A DNA stretch of 63,790 nucleotides, filler included, from Reticulomyxa filosa (Eukaryota; Protista; Foraminifera), in NCBI GenBank assembly GCA_000512085.1. It is 19 parts of 19 records of this genome, joined end to end, with 100 filler letters (N's around TTAATTAATTAA, not from the genome) between each part and the next. Parts side by side here need not be neighbours in the genome. Positions count along the whole stretch, not along the records: positions 36,270 to 39,246 come from ASPP01020764.1; positions 39,347 to 41,899 come from ASPP01044708.1; positions 42,000 to 51,418 come from ASPP01021541.1; 16 more parts are not named here. One strand, given 5' to 3'. The notes under the pieces are model-generated. The model did not search any database and had not been told where the DNA came from. It worked only from the letters and a program-made list of their open reading frames with translations. This document shows positions 38,632-51,518 of this stretch, piece after piece. The number at the start of each line of letters is the position of its first letter. Positions within the stretch are counted from its first letter, which is position 1. The translations under genes and the position numbers were made by a program.

Positions 38632-39160
38632 CATAAATGACGAAGACGAGGAAATGGTCTGCTGCTTCAATTATCACGGATTCAAAGCAGACTACTTTCC
38701 TCAGGATGTGATAATGGTGATTGAGGTCCCCTTGCGGGAGGTGTATAAAAATGACAGCGACAACGGGAATGAGGCCAATACCAACAATGGCGGGATTGTG
38801 TCATGGACCACTTTGTTCAACTTTTCTATGGACAGGTCGACCCCGGCGAAGGATCAGCCCAAAAACCATGATCATCGCAATGGCGGGAGTGATTTGCCCC
38901 CTGCGCCGAAAAAAGAGCTGCCCAAGCAAGACCCGCAATTCCAAAAGTGCGTTTCCATTCGAACCACGCGGCTGTGCATTTGTCGACAGCAGCTGCAGGA
39001 GATCCCTTCTAAGCAGTGCTATGATAACACTGGAGTGGAATGCGACGGATGCGAGCATAAAATCGATGAAACCGATGTCGTTTGGCATTGTCCATTGAGA
39101 AAAAATAAAGTGCATGAAAAGGGATTTGATCTGTGTTCGCAATGTTCCATTCGACAAGTT
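38632..39160 (+). CDS. Exon with a Cys/His-rich ZZ-like zinc finger
   Basis: CICRQQL...CY...VECDGC..KI...VVWHC....HEKGFDLCSQC. Confidence 0.65.
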
Positions 39161-39346
39161 TTCTTTTTTTTTTTTTTTTTATATTAAAAAAACTCAATTA
39201 TTTATTAATATACATATATATATATATATATATATGTATATTAATANNNNNNNNNNNNNNNNNNNNNNNNNNNNNNNNNNNNNNNNNNNNTTAATTAATT
39301 AANNNNNNNNNNNNNNNNNNNNNNNNNNNNNNNNNNNNNNNNNNNN

Positions 39347-40139
39347 TTTTTGGGACATCAAAACAGCAAAAGAATATCAGACTTTCAAAGGATACAGTAA
39401 GTGTGTTAATACCATTCAATTTTCACCATTCACTGGTGGAAGATATTTGTGTTCTGGATCTGATGATAATACCATTCGTTTATGGGATGTTGAGACATCC
39501 AAATCATTGCATGTTTTCAATGGACATTCATGTTATGTTTGGTGTGTTGAATTTTCACCGTTGCAAAATAATAGTAAAGATACTAATAAAATTGGTGTGG
39601 TTGGTGGTGCTGGATATACCATTTGCTCTGGATCAAATGATAAAACTATTCGTTTGTGGGATATCGAAAACACCAAACAATTGGCTGTTTTCAACGGACA
39701 TGAAAGTCGGGTATCAAGTGTAAAATATTCAAGAAATGAAACAAGTATTGTTGGTGGTAATATGATATGCTCTGGATCAGGTGACAAGACCGTTCGCTTG
39801 TGGGACATTCGAACAGGAAAACAAATTCATATCTTCAAAGGACATACAAGCGATGTATTGGCTGTTGAATATTTGCCATCCGAAAATGATAGCAGTGATA
39901 CAAACATAATATGTTCTGGATCAAATGACAATACGATTCGATTTTGGGACATCCGAGCTAACAAACAATTACACGAGATCAAAGGATTTGATGATAATAC
40001 TGAGATACGTTCTTTTGAATTTGTACCATTTGATCAAGATCTAAAAAATAATGAAAAAAGCAAAAAAAATACAAAAGATTGTTGTGGTTATTCTTTGTGT
40101 TATGGTTCTGGCAATGGTCTCATTCGTGTGTTGGGATAG
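39347..40139 (+). CDS. WD40-repeat protein, C-terminal part
   Basis: Repeated GH....V.FS....ICSGS.D.TIRLWD units; stop at 40139. Confidence 0.95.
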
Positions 40140-40559
40140 CCAAGTTTTTTGTTTGAAACAACAAGAAAATCAAATTATGTCAAAAATTAAAAATATTTGA
40201 ACCAAATTTGTAGAAGAGCTCTTTTCTTTTTTTTAGGTTAAACCTGAAAGCTTTCAATTAAAAGAACAGAGTTATCATTTGACGTTGTTGAGCAAAAAGC
40301 ATAAAAAATGTTTTCATGTCAAAATATAAGAGAGGTTTTCTCATATTTAAAGATTTCATGATTTATAGATATTTAATTGTGTTTCTTCATCAAAAAATCA
40401 ATTAACTTTATTTTATTCCAAAAATAATTTGATTGAAATAATCGATCCATCCAAATTTCGAATCCAATATTGAACAATACATTTTATTTCATTGTTTGAG
40501 TGTTCATATTTATTATTTATTAATTAACAAAATTTATTGTGTTTCATTAAAATAAATAA

Positions 40560-40804
40560 ACGAATTATTATCAACTGTGAAGGGTCCCACACACGCACTT
40601 TTGTCTTCATGTGAGGTGATGTAGTATACAAATCAAGTTATGTATATGATTGTCTTCTTCACTCAATATTGCCAAATTAGAAGAAAATGATTTTGAAACG
40701 TCCTCCATTTCTTTCTTGCTGCAATTGAAGAGCATCAATAGTAATGATGATCTTGTTCGTTTATGTTATGGTTTATATAATGGTAATATTCATATTTGGG
40801 ATAA
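40560..40804 (+). pseudogene. Relic of a WD40 paralogue C-terminus
   Basis: 40761-40804 translates LCYGLYNGNIHIW, paralleling the upstream gene's end LCYGSGNGLIRVLG*. The surrounding sequence is full of stops. Confidence 0.5.
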
Positions 40805-42049
40805 TATCACATTTTGCTAACAAAAATTTTTGGATGAGATCTTTCCTTTCTCTTTGGTAAATTGTCGAGAACACAAACAAATAAAAAAGCCACACAGTGT
40901 TAATTTATTTTCAGATGAAATAATTTTTCTACATTAATTAGCATTATGTTTTTTTGCATTTCTATTTACTCACTATGACGAATCTTACTGTCAAATTTAA
41001 AATGTGTTTTCAATTTTTTCAAAGCTTATTCACTAATACTAAATTACTGAAAACACGCCATTGATCACTTGGAGTTGAACATACAATTTTACATGCACTG
41101 CACAGTTTTTAAAGGACTACTTGAAATATGTTACGTTTAATTGTTTGACAGAAAAAATTTTCTTCATTAATTCAATCCAAAAAAAAATAATTTTTTATTG
41201 ACAATAAAACAACGCTATCCCTAAATACGAATACAACCCCTACATGAACCATAACACATATTAACACCCAGTCAACTATCTTTGCTTTTGCTTTTCTTTT
41301 AAAATATAAAAATTTAAAGCACATTATTTCAAAATCTTCTTTATGATCACATGAATTTATTTTGCAAATTATGTGTTTGACGAGGAAACGTTAGATTACA
41401 AATCATGACCTGTAATCTTGTGCTCAAAATAAAGATAAAAAAATATAATCTGTTAAATCAACGCTACCAATTAAAGCCTGTTGACATGTACATTAATAAA
41501 ACAAATGCAAGTGTTTTAAAAGATATTTTTTTAAGAAATTATCCATCTCCCGTTGTTGTGACAAATTTGATTCAGTTTGTCATTAAATCAAATTAAAAAC
41601 ATTGCTTCGATAAAAAAAAAATGAATCTCTGTTACCTTTTTGTGATCGGTTTGGGATCAAACAACAATAAAGAAAAAAAATACTTACAGTAGATTGCAAA
41701 AAAAACTGCCATGCCTAAATGGCACTATATGAAGAGAATCGATTTTCTCCATGAAAAATAAAGATTTAAAGCTAATTTTTTTAAAAAAATATCTACTAAT
41801 CTTGTAGTTTTTAAATATTAAATTTTTTTTTTAAATTTTTTTATTGTTGATATTTTTAATTGACATTTCAAAATTTTGATTTTTAAAATAATGAGTGCTN
41901 NNNNNNNNNNNNNNNNNNNNNNNNNNNNNNNNNNNNNNNNNNNTTAATTAATTAANNNNNNNNNNNNNNNNNNNNNNNNNNNNNNNNNNNNNNNNNNNNT
42001 CAACAACAATACCAACAACAGTATCAAAAAAAAAAAAGAAGAAGAACAA

Positions 42050-44543
42050 GGATTGGATGAGCATACAAATAAAAAAGTGGTAGAATTGACGAACATAAAT
42101 CCAAAGGCATTTCGTTTCATTGTGGAGTTTTGTTATGGCTTAAATCCGTGTTTCAATAACGAGTGGGTGGTGGACGTGATGCACTTGGCACATTGCTATT
42201 TGATTGACGTGGACTTTGAACAAGATAAGGAGACACATGACTATTGCGAATGGAAAGAGCCACCAGATCACAACTGTGCAAGCAAAAGTCCACTGTTTAA
42301 TGCCTGCGTGGAATACATGACCTTGCAGATGAAACAGCACATTCCGATCATTGGCAAACTGCAAAGCGGGTCATTTGCCATGTTTCCCCCTTTTTCTTAT
42401 CTCGACGATGTGTCGAGTCAGTGTAACAATCTCGTGACGTCTGTCGATGTCACATTTGCAATGAATTGCATCATCCAATTGTACAACTACCACTTGAACG
42501 ACATTTTGCAAAAGCACATTATCGAAGAGTGCCGCATTTTGCATCCCGCCATTGCTGTCCACATGATCCGCCACGAGCTCTTTGTTCAACTGCCTCTCAC
42601 CGTCGCACTCCAACTCATTGGCGTCGATGACGTCCAGCTCAAAGAAGAGTTCCTATTCGAACAATGTGTCAAGTGGTGTCAGCACAATGAGTTCATGACC
42701 AACTCGTTACCCACCGATCTCATCATACAAGGTTCAAGTCTCTTTTTTTAAAATAATAATAATAATAATAATAATGATAATAATTAATGATCCCCTCCCT
42801 GTTTTTTTTTTTGTTTGTTTAACACGTTCAAATACTAAGGAAAGAATAAAATTTGACAATTTTGTTTTGTCTTAAATGTTAACAGAAACAAAAATAGATG
42901 ACAAATCCGAGTTGACACAAACGGAAAACACACTGGCTCCAAAACCTGTATTGTTTTATACACATACATTATATATGATGTACATATTACATGTATGTTC
43001 CAAACAGTGCGGGTGTAAATAAGACAAAAAGCTTAATCGACAGAAGAGAAAAAAATAAAATGATAGGAAAAATGCGAGTGGAAGTCGTTGCTGTGTTTGT
43101 ATTTTATGCCATACATTCGACTGCCCCTGATGAACCAAGCATACTTTCGACAAAAGGTAATGCCATTGGACGTGCTTTCGAAAGAGCAGGTGATCGGGCT
43201 GCTGTCGTATCATTTGGAGAACCGTCACGCGATACGACTGAAGCAAACGCAAAGACAGGCGCAACTCCAGCGACAAAGGCAAAGACGACATTCGCTGATA
43301 AAAAAAAAAAAAGCAGAAAAAGATGTCGATATCGTCGACATCAACATCTTCACCATCAGTGGTATCTGCATCTGCATCTGCATTTGGTTCATTGTCGTGT
43401 TTATGGAAATATGAATTGAATGACACGCCGCGTTTGCGTATGGATGACGTGTCGTTTGATCTGTGCTTCCCAGAGTTTGCACACGAGTGTCTGAGCAAAG
43501 ATGGGAAAAAAGTGATAGTATTGTCGTCGTTGAATGGCGGCGGCGCGATGGATTGGAGACAGTCTTCCGCGTTGGATCGTCACTTTGGTGATACGCGCAG
43601 TCGCAAGTCTCAGTCCCGTCGTCATCGTCGACGAGCGAGCAATGGTAGCGGCGGCGACTACTCTTTCGACGACGACGTCAATCAAGTCATGTGCGTCAGC
43701 GCCAAAAACGCGTGGCGGAAATGCAATGGCGTGCAAAGCTTTGCTGTTCGCGTGATCGACGTGACCTGCCAAGAGGACAACAGCATTTGCGTAGGGGTCA
43801 TTTCCGACGCTATGATTGTAGAAAAAGAAATCCGACACTTTAATTGCGATGCTTTGCAGTATTCGTATTATTTGAGGCTGCATTGGAGCGACGACAATGA
43901 CGGCAATGCGAATAACTATGACCCTCTTGCAAGCAAAGGAGAACAAGGTCTTTTTGGATTGGACACCGCCAATGCAAGCGCAGGCACAGGTGCAGGCGCA
44001 AGTGCGGGCAGCGGTAGGGACTCCTTTTTTCGATATCCTTTTGGCTATGTCGCCACTGCCAATGATCCGTTCGGACTTTATATTAATCCCAATAACAGCG
44101 TTTGGACGAATCCCCAAAATCATTCTACCCCGGTCGACACTATGGTTGGCCACAGCGGCAATGATGAGGATGAGGATGAGGATGAAGATGACGAGGAAGA
44201 AGAAAATGATGACAATGACAATGACTATGACTATGATAATCATGACAATGACGATAATGCCGAAATTATCTTGTTGAATGACGAACGAGATGAACAAAAT
44301 CCATGCCATGTCAAGTGCGGCATCTATGCCTTGGAGTATGGCAAGACCAACAAAAAACATAAACTGAAACGACGCGTCGAAATGGGCGACGTTATCAAAG
44401 TTGAGGTCGATTGCTACGAGTATTCCATCACTTTCTTTGTTAATGACGAAGTCATTGGAGATAAGGTGCAAATGCTGTCCAATTGGACCATTTACCCTGC
44501 CATCCATGTTTGTGCTGAAAGAGCTGTGCTCAAAGTACTTTGA
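42050..44543 (+). CDS. BTB/POZ-BACK-SPRY(B30.2)-like protein (5'-truncated, spliced)
   Basis: BTB end INPKAFRFIVEFCYG; BACK FVQLP..LIGVDDVQLKEEFLFEQCVKW and PYIRLPLM..YF..V; SPRY-like ICVGV...MGDVIKVEVDC....ITFFVND.....YPAIHV. Confidence 0.8.
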
Positions 44544-45096
44544 ACTGTTTCATTTTCCTTTTTTTTTTTTTTTTTGAGCTGGGCATTTTTTTGTAAGCTG
44601 ATGCAAAAATAATTCAACAAAATGAAAAATGTTGTCAAGTAAGTTTTCCATTTTGCGTGGTCTGTTATTTTTTTTTTAAATATGTCTTTAAAAGGTAGCA
44701 ACATGTTAGAAACTAGGGGGTACAAAATATGTATACCCCTTCGACATTTGAATGCGAAAGTAAATCGACAAAAAGTTTTTCCATATTTTTTTCAAAAGCA
44801 AATTTACACAATCATTTCAAGCCAAAAAAAAAATTTGCATTGCGAAATTTATTTTATATTTTTTGTGTAGTGATTGCTAAAAAAAAATCAATGGATAGAT
44901 ACTCTTTTCAATTTTGATACTAAAGCACTCCGAAATTTTCCAAAAAGTGTGCAATATAGAATAGGATCTACAGAGACTAATCTACAGTACCTTTTTTTTC
45001 CCGTTGTTTCTTTTAAGGTTTCCAAAGTTGTAAAAAATGGGAAGATCTTTCAAATATCGAGCTCATTCAAAACTACTGAAGCAAGCTTACAATAGA

Positions 45097-46906
45097 ATGG
45101 CGCTGCTGAGTTGCGCTCTCTGGCAACTTGCCGTCGGCATTGTAAGCAAACTTTTCACTTGCACTCAGCTGCTTTTTTTTTGTTCGTTTTTGATTGATTA
45201 TCCTTGGACTATTTTTAATTTTTTTTAAAAAAGCGCCGCTGGCCTAATCTCTTCAACGCGCACACGAAAGCAAAAAAACAACAAACAAAACAAACGGCAA
45301 TAGTTTGGATGCCTCGTATTACCCATACCAGATAGTGAAGAGAAAAGTCAAACAGTCGCAGAAGACCAGCGAAATCTGTCACCACGGACGACACGAAGTG
45401 CATATGTGTATCCATGTGAAACCCCGACCACTTTCAGCTTTACAACCGGTACAACCGAGCAAAGACCAGTTGATAGCAAATACAAAAAACAAAAACACAA
45501 TGGCAATAGCAATGGCAAATGGCTGTTGTCATCAGCTCAGCGCAAATTGCATATATTCACATCAACCGCATTGATTGCGATTGTTTCTATTGGTATGTTT
45601 TCTTTGTAACAATATATACATGTATATGTATGACCACTTGTTCTTTTTTTTTTTATGTCTGTGTGTCTTCAATTGAGTCCATATATCGATACCACTATTT
45701 TGGTGTTGATGTGGCAATTGTTTTTTTTCGAATAAAAAGAACCTTCCTTCTTTCACCCTCCAAACTTCTTTTCACTCCATCGAAAGGAGAGTGAGGAGAG
45801 GGAAGAAAGGGGACAACATACCCACAAACGTGGTGTGCACGTGGACAACATACAAGAGGATTGAAGTGGGGGGAGACACAAAAAAATTTTTTTTTTTATG
45901 CCTTTGTTAATGTATTAATGTGCCAATCGAACTCGAATACATAGGAAACATTTTTTTTTTAAAAAAAAAAGGGGTAATTCAAACAATAGCGTCGACATGG
46001 GAACACTTTAGCGAATTGTATTACCCACCTTTTTACACATACTTGCTGGCAGGAATATGTGCACACGCATTGGAGTGGCAGTGGTATTCCAAAAAATGGT
46101 TCGGACATGAATGGACACGTTTGGCTTTCCCCAAAAAATTTTATATGGATGGCATCCCTTTGCATTATATTTACGACGCAAAGACTCATTTCCTCGCCTT
46201 TGGCCTGAATGTTCTCTGCACATTTTTTATCGGACAGTTACTGGCTTGGACTTATTTCCCAAGATTTTTTAATGCTCACAATTCTTTTGCTGTGGGTAAT
46301 CCCAACAGTAATTCCAGTTAATTTTTTTTTTTTTTTGTCGCAATGTACCATCTTTTTTTATTATTGTTATCCCCCTTTTTTTTTCCTCCCTCTTTTTTTT
46401 TTCAGTGGCCATAAAAAAATTGGTGTTGCTATTGGCTATCAATCCTTTTTTTTTGCCTGCACGTTGTTGCTATATTATTTACTTTCGGTTTTTTTTTTAA
46501 AAAAGGCTGGACTTATCTCGGGAACAGTGAAAAGATGCAAGTACAGAGTGACACAAACGCATCAAAAATGTTAACACAGCAAATAACAAATGATATGAGA
46601 TCGTGGATTTCCGAGTATTGCAAAGCCAATTATTTGGATAAAAGCGCTCCGTCATTGCAATGGATGGGTGCATGTGAAAATGTAATAAATCAAAAGTTTA
46701 TGCCAATGTTTCAAGTTGAACATGCGACGCACAGTACATTTTCACTCCATCCTGTTTTTTTAGGGATTATTGTCGGATTGTTGGTGGCCGGGATGGAAGG
46801 ACGACACTATAGCTTTGGTCAACAACCGCTGCGGCTATTCTTTATCAATCACTCGTGTTCTATTGTTAAATGCATACTCATTGCATGCACCTTGGCATAC
46901 CTTTGA
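45097..46906 (+). CDS. Uncharacterised multi-pass membrane protein (multi-exon, boundaries uncertain)
   Basis: Several hydrophobic exons (45097-45141, ~45304, ~45972-46318, ~46407, ~46506-46906) with GT..AG flanks. Confidence 0.5.
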
Positions 46907-47361
46907 TCGACTTGCTGTCCTCCTTTCTATTCTCTTTTTCTCATCTCCACCCTCTCCTACCCTTCATCACGATGCCGGTCGTAATGGGTGTGAATTTGAG
47001 AGAAAAATAGCCCCAACAAATTTTTTATTTTTTTTTTCTGTTTTTAGGTGTGTTTAGTTCTTGTCGCTTAAAAAAAAAAAGATTGTGTTTAAAAAAAAAA
47101 AACGTTGTTCAAACGAGAATGATTTTGGAACAAGTTGCAAACTGCATTTGTTTAAAAAAAAAAGGTTTCAGAATTTCAATTTTAAGGAAAATCGAACAAA
47201 TAAAAAAGATGGCTTGTCTTAGTGCTCTCTTAAAAATACTGTTGTCTTTGTAAAAAAAACCGATGGACGATTAAGAAGCCAACTTAGTAAAAAGGCGAAA
47301 ACCGTCACAAAAGAATAAATTTTTTTGTAGATTTCTTTCCATTGTAATTATCAGAAAAAAA

Positions 47362-48027
47362 ATGTTGGGCGATTTTGAAGAACAATGGTCCAAGTATTGT
47401 GAAGAATACATCAGTTGCACAACCTCCTTGGATCGGTTGTTGAAACAGTTAGGCGATTTTGACGCACAAGCAACGGAAGAAGCGCTACAGGAAGGAAGCG
47501 CACTGGTGAAGGATACAGAGAAGGCAATCCGTTCATTGGAGAATCTAATCCGAGAATCGCATGCCTTGTCTAACGCAGATAGACAAGCACGTCGTGACAA
47601 AGTTCAATCCTTCAAATTGAAATTGGAAGGAATAAAAAAAGACTTTCGCTCAATACAGTCTGGCCATCGCCCGCCCACGTGGAGAGGGAACGATGAATAT
47701 GCAGTGGCAACAGAAAGAAAGCAACTATTACAAGGACAACAAATATTGGAAAGTACAGACAACGCATTATTGCGAGGCAAACAAATCGTGAGTCAAGTGG
47801 AAGAAATAGCCGTGGATACAAGTCATCAGGTTCATGATCAAGGCCAACAATTGGAAAATGTTTTAGACGAGCTTCATGAAACCAATGCCATTCAAGACCG
47901 CGCACGACGCGTCATGCTGGGTATGGCAAGACGAATGATGACTGATCGCATTATTCAGTTCTTTATTATTTTGATCGAGTTGGGAATTATTGGATTGCTT
48001 ATTTGGTATAAATTTTTGAAGAAGTAA
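47362..48027 (+). CDS. Qb-SNARE (Vti1/NPSN-like)
   Basis: Intronless 221 aa: N-terminal helical bundle, SNARE heptads with zero-layer Q (VHDQGQQLENV), MARRMMTDRII, C-terminal TM anchor. Confidence 0.85.
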   Translation: MLGDFEEQWSKYCEEYISCTTSLDRLLKQLGDFDAQATEEALQEGSALVKDTEKAIRSLENLIRESHALSNADRQARRDKVQSFKLKLEGIKKDFRSIQSGHRPPTWRGNDEYAVATERKQLLQGQQILESTDNALLRGKQIVSQVEEIAVDTSHQVHDQGQQLENVLDELHETNAIQDRARRVMLGMARRMMTDRIIQFFIILIELGIIGLLIWYKFLKK

Positions 48028-50820
48028 TCTGAAGTTAGTCATCTTGAGTTATCAGCTCGTTTTTTTTTGTTTGCCCCCTTTTGTTAACAAAGTTCAAATT
48101 AAAACAATATTAAATTTCTATTCCTTACAGCGGCGCCATTATGCCATAAAATAATAACACACATTTAGCCATTTTTTATTTTGTGTGAAATGTGAGTTTT
48201 TTTTTGGTTCCTTTGGTTTTTTTCTCTCCCTTTTCCTATGACCTTCTGCCTTAAATACAATAACATTTGACAAGTATATCACTGTTATCAATCTCCCAAG
48301 CCTTTTCGTTTTGAAAATAGCCCTTGGGATTCCTATTTTTTCCTTTTTGCTAATTTTTGTAAAAAAAGCATAATAGCACGAAATTCAAAAACACAAAGCA
48401 TCTCTTGTTTTATTTAAAAAACTGTCTTAAACGCGACAATGAGTTGAGAAAATGTTTAATGGCCCAGAACAATGTCAGATGTATGCACGAGGCTATATAT
48501 TTGCTATGATAATATTTGAACTTTTTTATCAGTTGTAGATTCACCAAAAATGTCATCAACAAAATCAACATTTACAACTTTTTGAAAAAGTTTTCAGTAT
48601 ATCCGAATATCAAACATGTCCAATTAAATATTTGTTTTCATAACACAATGGTATACTTCTCGAAGTAAAAATGGAACTATCAACGTATATTTTTAATTAA
48701 TAAAACGATAAAATTGCTTTATAAGAAAAATTGCGTCTTTAAAAAAAAGCAGGATTCCCGAAAAAGCACTGAGTTACAAAAGATTGGTCTTTCAGTTTGA
48801 ACCGTCATAGCTTCAATAGAAGAATTGTAGAACAAAGCTATATTGTCTGTTGTCAAGGTTCAAGTGGACCCGAAATTTCCAAACTTACAACTGTTGTTAC
48901 GTTTTTTTTCTATTTATTCGTTTTACGCTTAATCGGCTTGAGAATGTACTTTTCGTATTACACTTGTAATTTCTGTACCAGAGTATTAAAATTGTCAAAA
49001 TAAAATTAATAATTAAACGTTTTAAATATAGTTCGTACGAGCATAAAAGTATAAAAGGCGATAAACTTATTTTTTTTCTTTTACGTAATATACAGGGCAA
49101 ATCGCAGCTCTTTTTGCTATATAAAAGACTTTGCACAATAGAAAACGGTGAAACTTATAACTTTGCACTATTTCTATAATTGTATATTTTTGTTCAATGA
49201 TATATTATGAAATTGTGATCTCTTAATATACTACAAAAAAAACGTAATGCTTAACATTGTTCTGATCTTTTTTACTTTTTTCCAAAAAATGAAAATGGTA
49301 CAAATGTTCAATCTTTTTGTCAATTATTATGAACTTGAAAAAAAATATGTATAAATGAGATTACATTGACTTGGGAAACAATTTAGCACATTTCTACGTG
49401 TTAAACTCAATTTTGAAATTTAATTATATGTTCAATTTTAATGACATGAATAACATTTTTAAAGAATAAAATGTAAAGATATTTAAAATTGAAAAATACA
49501 TAAATAACAATATATTTAAGAAATATAGTTTTTACATATGTTGAGGTAAAATTATAATGTTGAAATTTCTGTTTTCTTTTCAAAAGTTGAATGTTACCAA
49601 TTAAAAAATGAGCAACATACAATCAATGTCCAAATGTAAATCTTCCAAGATATTTGAATTCAAATTGAAAATTTGCAGATAATTATATACATCCATGCAC
49701 AACACAAAAAATATTTAACATTGGCTTATGTAAAATTCAATATGATATGGGGTCGGTTTGACTAATCCACTTAGAAATAGACAAATTATATGATTGATTT
49801 TTGTTTAAAAACTTGTTTTAAACAACATTATTTTGTTAATACTTGTTTTATTTTTAATGTCATAAATAAATAAAACTTTATTATACAGTAGGTTGCATAA
49901 AAAACTGGATGTCCAAAATAACAATTACAAATTTCTTTATGAAAGTAGTTGTAGTGCAATCAAACAGTAAAAATTTTTTTTTTTATTTTTTTTACAAACT
50001 TTTAAAAAATTAGCATTACAACTGAGGGTATCAATGTCACCTTTTCTTCTTAAGATCAGAAGTAAGTTGTTAGTTCAATCCTGTAATTTGTTACAAAAGA
50101 GGAAAAAAGAAAAAGTTCCTTTTTAAGAAATCATTTGGTAATTATGTTATTTAACAGTATTTCGTGATATCAAATTTTCATTCAAACACTTTGTCTTTCC
50201 TGAAATCTTGTCAGGCAAGGCAAATCGGTCTCGATTGACAAGGCTAAGTACTGTAGTGGTGGGTAGGGGTGAGGAAACAAAAAAAATTTTACTAGTTAAA
50301 AAAAATTTTTTTTAGTAGTTTGAAAATATTTTCTTTGTATCTTTTTTTTTTTTAATAATAACACAAAAAATGTAGAAACAAAAGAACAATAAAACTGGAT
50401 AGATAACATTCATAATGGAAATTATTGAAAGATCTAAGTACAAAATATTTCGAAGAATGCTTTATTCAAGCGATATTATGATATGAACAACTTGTTTTTG
50501 TTTTATAATGTTGCTTATTGTTTACTTTTTGTATTGCAGTGTGTATTTAGTACTGTGCTAATTTTGGGTCAGTATTCTATCTACCAAAAAAAAGGGTGGA
50601 AGAATAGGCCATAGTTTTTTTTAGTTGGAAGAATGTAATTTGTTGAATTGATAAAAGGAAAAATATTGTAAAACAAGCACTTCAATCAAACTTGAACACA
50701 GTACTAAATATTACAATACGTTACAAAAAGTAACAGTTACTAACACTTACAAATTTAAACAAAACTATTGCACTCAAAATAAAGCAAAACAAACATAAAA
50801 TTTGTTGAAGTATTTTTATC

Positions 50821-51070
50821 TTTGGTTTCCGGGCCTGTTCTTTGGTTTCTTTGGTTTCCATGCATTCAGGGGTCGGTTTCCGGACATTTTGTGGCCTTTT
50901 CTTGCTCGGGGCCTGCGGCCCATCGCACGTTGCTGGCGTGAGTGCTTTCCGTGCATCTAAATGAGATGCCGGGTCGCGATGAGGAGATGTATTTTGGCAT
51001 TCTTGTCACTCCCTTTCGCTCGGCTGTTACCCCTGTTGGCTTTTAGCTAGCCAATGATGAAGGATACTAA
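50821..51070. other. GC-rich, hairpin-rich island lacking a long ORF (possible structured RNA or mobile-element end)
   Basis: Stems GGGCC/GGCCC (50909-50921), CATCGC/GCGATG (50921-50981) enclosing GCATCT/AGATGC (50953-50969), and TTGGCT/AGCCAA (51036-51054); repeated GGTTTC motif; AT-rich flanks. Confidence 0.4.
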
Positions 51071-51518
51071 AAAAAGAAACATAAAAACAAAAGAAGGACA
51101 CACAAATCTTACAACGACCAAAAAGATCCATGCAAAAAATAGTCAAAAGAAAAACAATAAAGTTATTTCAATTTAAATTGAGATTTACTTGAGGAAACTT
51201 GACAGTCTTTTTTTTTCACGATCGATCCCCAATAATGAACTGTTTCATTGATATCTGGATATGTAATGATTACTAACATATTACAATGTAAATCTCATTG
51301 ACTCGATCTCTGATCCAATGTTTGTTGTAATGCCATTGATTGGATATTCCAATTTCAGCCATTATGGTAAATATGGATCATGCACATCTAATTCCAGGAT
51401 TTGGGAATGTACTTCCGTNNNNNNNNNNNNNNNNNNNNNNNNNNNNNNNNNNNNNNNNNNNNTTAATTAATTAANNNNNNNNNNNNNNNNNNNNNNNNNN
51501 NNNNNNNNNNNNNNNNNN

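Noticed and set aside
51050-51080. Hammerhead ribozyme (TGATGA...GAAAC)
   Set aside because: Lacks the CUGANGA cytidine and has no stem II between the motifs.
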